Positions 50,019-55,663 of a DNA stretch of 55,663 nt are shown in pieces. This DNA is from an uncultured Gammaproteobacteria bacterium. GTDB taxonomy: Bacteria > Patescibacteriota > Microgenomatia > UBA8517 > JACQJR01. How positions within the stretch are numbered: position 1 is the first letter of the stretch; each line of letters starts with the position of its first letter. The translations under genes and the position numbers were made by a program. The DNA is taken from assembly GCA_964363945.1 (NCBI GenBank), contig CAYIKF010000001.1:1-55663 (forward strand), written 5' to 3'. The notes beneath the pieces are model-generated. The model did no database searches. It worked only from the letters and a program-made list of their open reading frames with translations, and was not told the origin of the DNA.

Positions 50019-50735
50019 ATGAAAATCGATATCCTTACCCTTTTCCCAGATATGTTTCTGGGACCCTTTAATGAATCCATCATTCGACGGGCTCAAGACA
50101 AATCATTAGTGGAAGTAAACATTCACAACCTTAGAAAGTGGGCAGTTGACACACACCGGACTGTGGATGATAAACCATATGGTGGAGGAGTTGGAATGGT
50201 ACTTATGGTCAAACCGATCTATCTTGCTCTGCAAGAATTGAAAATTGAAAATTTAAAATTGAAAATTGTCTTATTAGACCCAGGCGGTACCCCTTTTAAT
50301 CAATTAAAAGCTCAAGAACTATCAAAATTAGATCATCTTATTCTCATTGCCGGCCATTATGAAGGGGTGGACGAACGCGTCAAAGAACATCTTGTGGATG
50401 AAGAATTATCAATTGGCGATTATGTGTTAACCGGTGGAGAGCTGCCTGCAATGGTAGTGGTTGATGCGGTAGTCAGACTCATACCCGGCGTCCTAGAAAA
50501 ATCCCAAGCAACTGAAATAGAAAGTTTTCAGTTAATAAAATCTAACATCAAACATCTAACATCTAACATCCAACTTTTAGAGTATCCCCAATATACTCGT
50601 CCTGAAAACTTTAAAGGATGGAAAGTTCCACAATTACTTCTATCGGGGAATCACAAAGAAATAGAAAAATGGAGAAGTGAACACGCTCTTAAAAAAACAG
50701 AAAAAAGAAGACCCGATCTTTTAAAGAATTATTAG
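50019..50735 (+). CDS. trmD: tRNA (guanine37-N1)-methyltransferase
   Basis: 238 aa with [56 protein letters not shown] and YPQYTRP, all canonical TrmD blocks. Two in-frame heptamer cassettes lie in loop/linker positions. Confidence 0.92.
   Translation: MKIDILTLFPDMFLGPFNESIIRRAQDKSLVEVNIHNLRKWAVDTHRTVDDKPYGGGVGMVLMVKPIYLALQELKIENLKLKIVLLDPGGTPFNQLKAQELSKLDHLILIAGHYEGVDERVKEHLVDEELSIGDYVLTGGELPAMVVVDAVVRLIPGVLEKSQATEIESFQLIKSNIKHLTSNIQLLEYPQYTRPENFKGWKVPQLLLSGNHKEIEKWRSEHALKKTEKRRPDLLKNY
50235..50268. repeat. Heptamer cassette of TGAAAAT type inside trmD
   Basis: GAATTGAAAATTGAAAATTTAAAATTGAAAATTG encodes [11 protein letters not shown]. It occupies the variable loop that E. coli TrmD fills with AAKAAAGEGAK (alignment from memory). 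Confidence 0.9.
50541..50574. repeat. Tandem heptamer array (ATCTAAC-like, about 5 units) inside trmD
   Basis: tctaaca tcaaaca tctaaca tctaaca tccaac encodes [11 protein letters not shown]. This is an extra segment just before the conserved YPQYTRP block. Confidence 0.9.
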
Positions 50736-50767
50736 CCTGAAAGACCAAGGTTCTGCAAAGCAGGTTC

Positions 50768-51343
50768 TTAACCTTTTTGCATCTCCCAAAATTCTTTACC
50801 GACTTTAAAATCATAAGGAAGTCTCCATTCATCTATCCCATTAAATTGATTATTTATAAAGTATGAAACTCTCATCGGACGCTCATACGGATTGGAGAAC
50901 CCATGAGCAACACCCCTTGGCACGAACATAAAGTGTGCCTTTCCTCCGCCTAATATAAGTCGCATAGTCATACTATTTGTTGGTGAGTTTACTCTTAAAT
51001 CCATAAGTCCAACTATAAGTTTAGAATCAGGGGGAATATAAAAAACCTCATCTTGCTCTAAATGGTAATGCCAAGCTTTTCTAGTACCAGGTTCATTAAC
51101 CGCGTCATTCACTTGTCTTACTTGCCCTAATTCAGGAAACGCTTCCAGCTTACCCTCCGCTGTGAACCTTGCCTCCTCCACCAAAAATCCGTCCTCACCA
51201 ACAGAAACCTTTCCTTCAATAATTCTTATTCCATCAATGGTTTTCTTTGGGGCATATTCCTGCTTTGAAGAAGACCAACTAAATTCTTTACCTATGGTGG
51301 GTATTTCAGCCATGCCGCTCTTTTCCCTGTAGCCACCTATCAA
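50768..51343 (-). CDS. RmlC-like cupin (dTDP-4-dehydrorhamnose 3,5-epimerase family or related sugar isomerase)
   Basis: 191 aa with WHYHLEQDEVFY, GLMDLRVNSPT and FVPRGVAHGFSN, which resemble the DLR..SPT and P.G.AHGF blocks of RmlC-type enzymes. The start is probably Met-11 (51313), which gives an 8-nt overlap with nrdR. Confidence 0.65.
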   Translation of the reverse strand: MIGGYREKSGMAEIPTIGKEFSWSSSKQEYAPKKTIDGIRIIEGKVSVGEDGFLVEEARFTAEGKLEAFPELGQVRQVNDAVNEPGTRKAWHYHLEQDEVFYIPPDSKLIVGLMDLRVNSPTNSMTMRLILGGGKAHFMFVPRGVAHGFSNPYERPMRVSYFINNQFNGIDEWRLPYDFKVGKEFWEMQKG

Positions 51344-51755
51344 TTACTCCCTCGGGGTTTTGAGAGTGATAGATTGCATAGCGAAATGGAGCAAGCCAAT
51401 CTCTTCCTTCCAGAAGAGAAGTTACTGTGTCTACAATCACCGATACGGGTATTTCTCCTGGAGCTTCCAAAATCATTTCCTTTGCATCACTGATTAATTC
51501 GCGCGTTTCTTCCTCTAATAACCGACCCTCAGTTGCCTCACGAATTGACTGCCCAAGTCTTTCAGCATCAAACTTTCCTCTCTTCCCGTCTGGGTGTACA
51601 ACAACTCTGCCTTCAATAACTGTCCAGACAGTCTCCACCGTGTTAAACCGCCCAGAACAGCTCTCACACTTCCTTCTCCTTCGTACCTTCCCATCATTTG
51701 TTCTCGTCGAGCCAATTACCTCTTGTTTATTACCACCACAATAAGGACAATTCAT
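51306..51755 (-). CDS. nrdR: Transcriptional repressor NrdR (zinc ribbon + ATP-cone)
   Basis: 149 aa. MNCPYCGGNKQEVIGSTRTNDGKVRRRRKCESCSGRFNTVE matches the NrdR CxxC...RRRR.C..C..RF.T.E signature and is followed by an ATP-cone-like segment. Confidence 0.8.
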   Translation of the reverse strand: MNCPYCGGNKQEVIGSTRTNDGKVRRRRKCESCSGRFNTVETVWTVIEGRVVVHPDGKRGKFDAERLGQSIREATEGRLLEEETRELISDAKEMILEAPGEIPVSVIVDTVTSLLEGRDWLAPFRYAIYHSQNPEGVIDRWLQGKERHG

Positions 51756-51807
51756 ACCTCACTATATACACTCTCGCGAGGGAAAAAACAAGAAGTTGTA
51801 TTATTTC

Positions 51808-52332
51808 TTAAGTGTGTCTATCTGCAACCACAAATGCGCCGTAGGACTCGGGTTTCGTTTTTGCCGTATACCCGCTCCCACTTACCATTCCTACCACTTC
51901 CCTGATCATATCGCGGGTTGGGCCAATAGGCCCGACATCAATATGAATTTCAAGATCGTACTTTGAAGGAGGAACAACCTTTCGAATAGCCGGCACGAAC
52001 TTTTCTGCCAACTCGAGCGACAGAAGCGTCTCACGATAAATTTTATCTCGGAGAACAAGCTTACTCTTAAGTTTGGTTTTGCTCCAGAAGTAGCGCCCTC
52101 CACGACCCGCCCTGTGAATGACAATTGCTGTCACGAAGTCAATCTCGGCTTCACCGTTTATTTTCTTCGCTTGAGAATCCGTGCCGATAACTAACCTATA
52201 GAAGCTTGCGGGATCCTCATTAATGAAGTTAGCAATCTCGGAAATTACTTTCTCTAAGTTCAATTGTCCTAATGTCGGGTTATTAAACAGGCCGCTGTTT
52301 AGTAAACCCGAACCATTACTGCCATTTTCCAT
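51808..52332 (-). CDS. YkuK/DUF458-family RNase H-like protein
   Basis: 174 aa. FINEDPASFYRLVIGTDSQ...FVTAIVIHRAGRGGRYFW parallels B. subtilis YkuK (MIGTDSQ...VTGIVIHRKGKGA) as I recall it. Confidence 0.7.
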   Translation of the reverse strand: MENGSNGSGLLNSGLFNNPTLGQLNLEKVISEIANFINEDPASFYRLVIGTDSQAKKINGEAEIDFVTAIVIHRAGRGGRYFWSKTKLKSKLVLRDKIYRETLLSLELAEKFVPAIRKVVPPSKYDLEIHIDVGPIGPTRDMIREVVGMVSGSGYTAKTKPESYGAFVVADRHT

Positions 52333-52340
52333 ACCTCACT

Positions 52341-52349
52341 ATTATACCA
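52341..52349 (-). promoter_or_regulatory. Extended -10 TGGTATAAT, 8 nt upstream of the YkuK-like ATG
   Basis: The minus strand reads GGTGGTATAATAGTGAGGTATG. Confidence 0.45.
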
Positions 52350-52372
52350 CCTTATGGTGAGCCTGTCTAACC

Positions 52373-52399
52373 ACCTTAAATATCCAAAATCACTTGGGC
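52373..52399. repeat. 27-bp direct repeat ACCTTAAATATCCAAAATCACTTGGGC, left copy (non-coding pseudo-3'-end of archease)
   Basis: Identical to 53001-53027. It lies immediately downstream of the DUF5615 stop codon. Confidence 0.95.
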
Positions 52400-52400
52400 G

Positions 52401-52757
52401 CTATTTTCTGATCCTAACTTTGCCAGGAGAAACAATAACCAATCTCCCTTTATAGTCTTCTGATTTAAGATCCTTTAATAATCTTGTTACCTCTTTATTA
52501 ATTACATCAGTAGAGAGTTCGTTAGGGAAACGTAAAATTATCATTCCCTTATGTTTCGGAAATTCAATCTCATTTGCAAAACCTAAATCACCAGAAACTA
52601 GAATTGTGTTTTTCCTGCGCGCCCACTGGAATACCTCGTTATCTGGTCTTCCTCTCAAACCTACATCACGAACATCAAAAACAGTAAATCCTAAATCCTT
52701 GAAAACAATAGCTATACTTCTATGGAGGTCTTCATCGATGAGAATAGAATGCTTCAC
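52401..52757 (-). CDS. DUF5615-family PIN-like putative toxin
   Basis: 118 aa. ILIDEDLHRSIAIVFKDLGFTVFDVRDVGLRGRPDNEVFQWARRKNTILVSGDLGF is the usual DUF5615 pattern. 1-nt overlap with the DUF433 gene. Confidence 0.7.
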   Translation of the reverse strand: MKHSILIDEDLHRSIAIVFKDLGFTVFDVRDVGLRGRPDNEVFQWARRKNTILVSGDLGFANEIEFPKHKGMIILRFPNELSTDVINKEVTRLLKDLKSEDYKGRLVIVSPGKVRIRK

Positions 52758-52984
52758 TATGACGCTATGCGGATCTCTTCTCTCCCAACAAGATCTGCTG
52801 CATAGTTGATAGCGTTGAGGATGTCTCTCTTGGTAATATCATACTCTTTCATTATTTCTTCAAAACCTATCCCACCAGCAAGCTTACCAAGTACCACATC
52901 AACAGTAACCCGCGTTCCTTTAATAACTGGCTTACCAAAGCGCACACCTTGATTAACAGTTATTCCTTTTGTTATTTCCCTCAT
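52757..52984 (-). CDS. DUF433-family putative antitoxin
   Basis: 75 aa. GVRFGKPVIKGTRVTVDVVLGKLAGG...EIMKEYDITKRDILNAINYA matches the DUF433 signature. Confidence 0.8.
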   Translation of the reverse strand: MREITKGITVNQGVRFGKPVIKGTRVTVDVVLGKLAGGIGFEEIMKEYDITKRDILNAINYAADLVGREEIRIAS

Positions 52985-52990
52985 AGTTTT

Positions 52991-52999
52991 ATTATACCA
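52991..52999 (-). promoter_or_regulatory. Extended -10 TGGTATAAT, 6 nt upstream of the DUF433 antitoxin ATG
   Basis: The minus strand reads GGTATGGTATAATAAAACTATG. Same 9-mer as 52341-52349. Confidence 0.45.
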
Positions 53000-53000
53000 T

Positions 53001-53027
53001 ACCTTAAATATCCAAAATCACTTGGGC
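53001..53027. repeat. 27-bp direct repeat, right copy, covering the stop codon and last 7 sense codons of archease
   Basis: Identical to 52373-52399. Confidence 0.95.
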
Positions 53028-53480
53028 ACGAAACATACCAGTTTTTGTTTTCCCAACCTCGTATAAATGCTTGGTTGGGGCTTTAACATCGACTTTGAGT
53101 TTATGTTTCTTGGGGTCTATTCGTTCTCCATACGCAAATCCTTGAAGCATCCACCTCTTACCTTCCCGCTCGACTCCAAGTTTTATTTGTTTGAAAAGCA
53201 ACTGTTTTGCATCTTTCAAAAACACTAAATGTTCAAGTAGGCTAAAAAGGAGCTCCGGCAAACTTCCCTCGCGCAAATTAAATGCCTCTTTCTCGCGGTT
53301 TCTCACGGTTTTGGTATCAACCATAGCCTCCTCTAAGGCCCGAGCCGCATTCTCCAAAAGCTGCCTCTGTGTTCTGCCAAACGCCTCAAAGGCAACACCC
53401 GCTGTGGAAATTTCTGGTAAGAATCTAAAATTTGGCATTGTTTGCTCTGAATTGAGGCACAAATTTGCCTGCCCAGTCAT
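53004..53480 (-). CDS. Archease
   Basis: The C-terminus VDVKAPTKHLYEVGKTKTGMFRAQVILDI and the N-terminal FRFLPEISTAGVAFEAFGRT fit the archease family. The likely real start is Met-15 (53438), giving about 144 aa. Confidence 0.7.
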   Translation of the reverse strand: MTGQANLCLNSEQTMPNFRFLPEISTAGVAFEAFGRTQRQLLENAARALEEAMVDTKTVRNREKEAFNLREGSLPELLFSLLEHLVFLKDAKQLLFKQIKLGVEREGKRWMLQGFAYGERIDPKKHKLKVDVKAPTKHLYEVGKTKTGMFRAQVILDI

Positions 53481-54483
53481 CCAGCATTATAGGAAGTGAC
53501 CGAAGATTATCAAGACCGAAGGAGCCGACGTAGCGGCCATTTGGTATATCGAACGCATTATATTGAGGACGAGGAGCCGGTCGAGTTGCACTAAATTCCT
53601 CAAATGTTGTCTCTTTAATAAGACTGCGGTCAAGAGATAAATCATATTTTTCAGCACTATCTACTACCATATGAGCAAATTGAAAAGGAGTAACAACCGT
53701 AGGCGATGCAATGTGCCAAATACCAAATGCATCAGAATGTGCAATATTAAGAAACGCCCGTGCGTAATCTTCTACATACCCTGGTGTTATCAATTGATTA
53801 GTAACACCTGCAAACGTCTCGCCCCTTGCGAGTTTCTGCACTACTAAACGAGGGAAATCAAGCTTCATATCTGGCTCATCGGTAAATGGCAGTTGAATAC
53901 GAACAATGTGGACTTTCCCTCCTGGAGCAGTCACCCTTTGTTCAGCCTCTGCTTTTGTTTGACAATAAAATCCCGCAACAGGAGCAATGGTCTCTTCTTC
54001 TTTATGAGGGCAGTTCTCTTTTAATCCCGCCAAAACGTAGTCAGTTGAGATATGAACCAATGGTATATCAACGGCCAGACAGGAAATAGCAAGCCTTTGC
54101 GGCCCAGAGACGTTCGTTTGCCATACCTCTCCATCTTTATTTCCCTTCTCTTTTTCACACTCATCCACATTTGTTTTCGCAGCAAAATTAACGACAACTG
54201 AAGGTCTATACCACTTGAGCAAAGAGAGCATGCGCGACACGCTCATTTTTGCAATGTCGAACTCTTGATGTGAGGGGGTAATGACTTCTACGTCTTCTCT
54301 CGTGGCAACTTTTACGAACGCTCTCCCGGTAAGTCCTGAAGCTCCTAAAACGAGGAGTGTCGGTCTTGGTTCCCCTTCTTTGCGATCAAGCTCTCTTACC
54401 ATGTATACTATCTTTCTTTGACCAATAGGCGTTTGCCTCAAAAAGTGCTTGGAATGTTCCTGCGTCTCGCCAAAAACCGTCAA
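53425..54483 (-). CDS. NAD(P)-dependent sugar reductase/epimerase, RmlD-like (dTDP-4-dehydrorhamnose reductase family)
   Basis: LLVLGASGLTGRAF (Rossmann), HISTDYVLAG and YCQTKAEAE (YxxxK) parallel the RmlD blocks. The likely start is Met-28 (54402). Confidence 0.7.
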   Translation of the reverse strand: MTVFGETQEHSKHFLRQTPIGQRKIVYMVRELDRKEGEPRPTLLVLGASGLTGRAFVKVATREDVEVITPSHQEFDIAKMSVSRMLSLLKWYRPSVVVNFAAKTNVDECEKEKGNKDGEVWQTNVSGPQRLAISCLAVDIPLVHISTDYVLAGLKENCPHKEEETIAPVAGFYCQTKAEAEQRVTAPGGKVHIVRIQLPFTDEPDMKLDFPRLVVQKLARGETFAGVTNQLITPGYVEDYARAFLNIAHSDAFGIWHIASPTVVTPFQFAHMVVDSAEKYDLSLDRSLIKETTFEEFSATRPAPRPQYNAFDIPNGRYVGSFGLDNLRSLPIMLDDWAGKFVPQFRANNAKF

Positions 54484-55120
54484 GTTCTACCCAGTGTAGT
54501 TTATTCTCTCGGATATAGAAATTATTAACATCGGTAATCTCAAGCTGACCACGTTTTGATGGTTTGATTTTTGAAATCTTCGCAAAAACAGTTGCGTCAT
54601 AAATATAAAGTCCTGTTACCGCATACGAACTTTTAGGTACTTTGGGTTTTTCTTCAATTCTCATGATTTGCCGCTTAGTATTAAATACAGGCACACCAAA
54701 ACGTTGGGGGTCAGGAACCTTCTTTAAGAAAATCAAAGCACCATCAATAAAATTTTTTACCGGTTTGGTAATATCAGCATCTGTCGTATTGTCTCCTAAT
54801 ATAACAACAAGCGGTTCATTACCGGTAAAATCACGGGCTAACGAGAGGGCATGAGCAATTCCACCAACTGCGTCATCTTGGTAGGCATACTCAAGATGGG
54901 TAACCCCTAAATCTTTTCCATTTTGTAACACACGAATAAAATCTCCCGCATGAGGGCCACCGGTCACCACCATAATCTCTTTTACCCCCGCATTGACCAA
55001 GGTTTTAATTGGATAAAAAATCATTGGCTTGCTGTACACGGGCAGGAGATGTTTATTGGTCGCAAAGGTGAGAGGATATAATCTCGTACCGAGGCCACCC
55101 GCTAAAACGACACCTTTCAT
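54386..55120 (-). CDS. rmlA: Glucose-1-phosphate thymidylyltransferase-like sugar nucleotidyltransferase (short form)
   Basis: 244 aa. MKGVVLAGGLGTRLYPLTFATNKHLLPVYSKPMIFYPI closely follows the RmlA N-terminal signature GG.GTRLYP.T...K.LLP.Y.KPMI.YP. Nucleotide specificity cannot be proven by eye. Confidence 0.75.
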   Translation of the reverse strand: MKGVVLAGGLGTRLYPLTFATNKHLLPVYSKPMIFYPIKTLVNAGVKEIMVVTGGPHAGDFIRVLQNGKDLGVTHLEYAYQDDAVGGIAHALSLARDFTGNEPLVVILGDNTTDADITKPVKNFIDGALIFLKKVPDPQRFGVPVFNTKRQIMRIEEKPKVPKSSYAVTGLYIYDATVFAKISKIKPSKRGQLEITDVNNFYIRENKLHWVELDGFWRDAGTFQALFEANAYWSKKDSIHGKRA

Positions 55121-55123
55121 ATA

Positions 55124-55366
55124 TTACAAGAGCAGGCTTATTATAATAATAGTCCCCAACAACGCAATACCCACATATTCTACCACAACTTCAAAATATA
55201 AGTCATCGTGAAGGAAATGATGCACAATTCCCCACGTAACGTACGAAACAGCCAGAGCAATAATCAATGCAATTTGAAAATTTTTATCCCAAGAAAAAAT
55301 ACTGAAGCCAACAATTGCTATAGCAAAAAGTCCAAAAAGAACAAGATAGTGTGAAAATTTGCGCAT
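55124..55366 (-). CDS. Small membrane protein (about 3 TM), unknown function
   Basis: 80-aa hydrophobic ORF 3 nt upstream of rmlA on the same strand. Confidence 0.4.
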   Translation of the reverse strand: MRKFSHYLVLFGLFAIAIVGFSIFSWDKNFQIALIIALAVSYVTWGIVHHFLHDDLYFEVVVEYVGIALLGTIIIISLLL

Positions 55367-55391
55367 TTTCTTTACTCTGAATTTTGTCTTT

Positions 55392-55663
55392 TCATAATAT
55401 GCTTCCTCTTTGAGTAATAAATAACATCACCCCTATACTTACTAAAAACCCAAAGTGTGCTAACCTCCTTGCTCCAATGCGCACCACGTGTGTCTCCAAA
55501 AGCGCCACTGCATCAACCAGAAGAACAAGAAGGAGCATTCCCACTATCATTATCCCCACATTACGTTGGAGAGAAAATGGCGAAATAAGTGTGATACCCG
55601 CTCTAGCTGCCAGCGGTCCCCCTGGAGCTGGAGCAGGAAGAGCAGCAACGATAGCAGCAGGGG
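55392..55663 (-). CDS. 3' end of an ORF entering from the right window edge (hydrophobic C-terminus), unknown function
   Basis: Not in the ORF track. Hand translation of the minus strand from 55661 gives PAAIVAALPAPAPGGPLAARAGITLISPF...IMIVGMLLLVLLVDAVALLETH...VMLFITQRGSIL and a stop at 55392-55394. Confidence 0.3.
   Translation of the reverse strand, partial: PAAIVAALPAPAPGGPLAARAGITLISPFSLQRNVGIMIVGMLLLVLLVDAVALLETHVVRIGARRLAHFGFLVSIGVMLFITQRGSIL

Noticed and set aside
50736-50767. A terminator hairpin between trmD and the RmlC-like gene
   Set aside because: Only a 4-bp CTGC/GCAG stem with an AAA loop and no flanking U-run. Not supportable.
51756-51780. An NrdR box upstream of nrdR (minus strand AGTGTATATAGTGAGG)
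   Set aside because: Only one half resembles the remembered palindromic NrdR-box consensus (ACAC-w-ATATAT-w-GTGT). The other half is TGT rather than CAC, so the site is not palindromic. It is more simply read as a TATATA -10-like box.
1-55663. Prophage, IS element, integrase or transposase, or a conjugative island, as an explanation for the accessory look of the locus
   Set aside because: I could not recognise any transposase, integrase, recombinase, capsid, terminase or relaxase-like ORF. The only insertion signatures are the small repeat elements and the TA cassette.

Overview
The window is AT-rich, very gene-dense and transcribed almost entirely from the minus strand. TGA is used as a stop codon, for example in many ATGA stop/start overlaps. 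Gene content and style fit a small-genome Patescibacteria/CPR-like bacterium, but that placement is inference only.

Bases 1-49974 form one very large surface-glycosylation locus. By my count it holds:
- about 20 polytopic, lipid-carrier-dependent GT-C-type membrane glycosyltransferases: six GT39/PMT-like paralogs, one ArnT-like, one YfhO, two YfhO/PTPS-related, four members of an uncharacterised D-x-G-R-D family, two PIG-V-like, two ALG6/GT87-like and two unclassified;
- 7 soluble GT2 and 3 GT4 enzymes;
- 3 Dpm1/GtrB-type polyprenyl-phosphate-sugar synthases, one fused to a GT-C domain and one to a GtrA-like domain;
- 2 Wzx/MOP flippases and 2 SAM methyltransferases.

I recognised no initiating phosphoglycosyltransferase, no WWDYG-type oligosaccharyltransferase and no mobile-element genes.

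The right end (50-55.6 kb) carries trmD, nrdR, an RmlC-like cupin, a YkuK/DUF458 gene, a DUF433/DUF5615 toxin-antitoxin pair, archease, an RmlD-like reductase and rmlA. No rRNA, tRNA or CRISPR was seen.

Two kinds of short element sit in frame inside many ORFs, including trmD:
- tandem 7-nt (or 14-nt) repeat cassettes;
- GC-rich palindromic elements, one family built around the 16-bp palindrome TCCGCCAGCTGGCGGA.

The TA pair is bracketed by a direct repeat that copies the archease 3' end and a promoter. All family calls come from motif recognition by eye; no database search was run.
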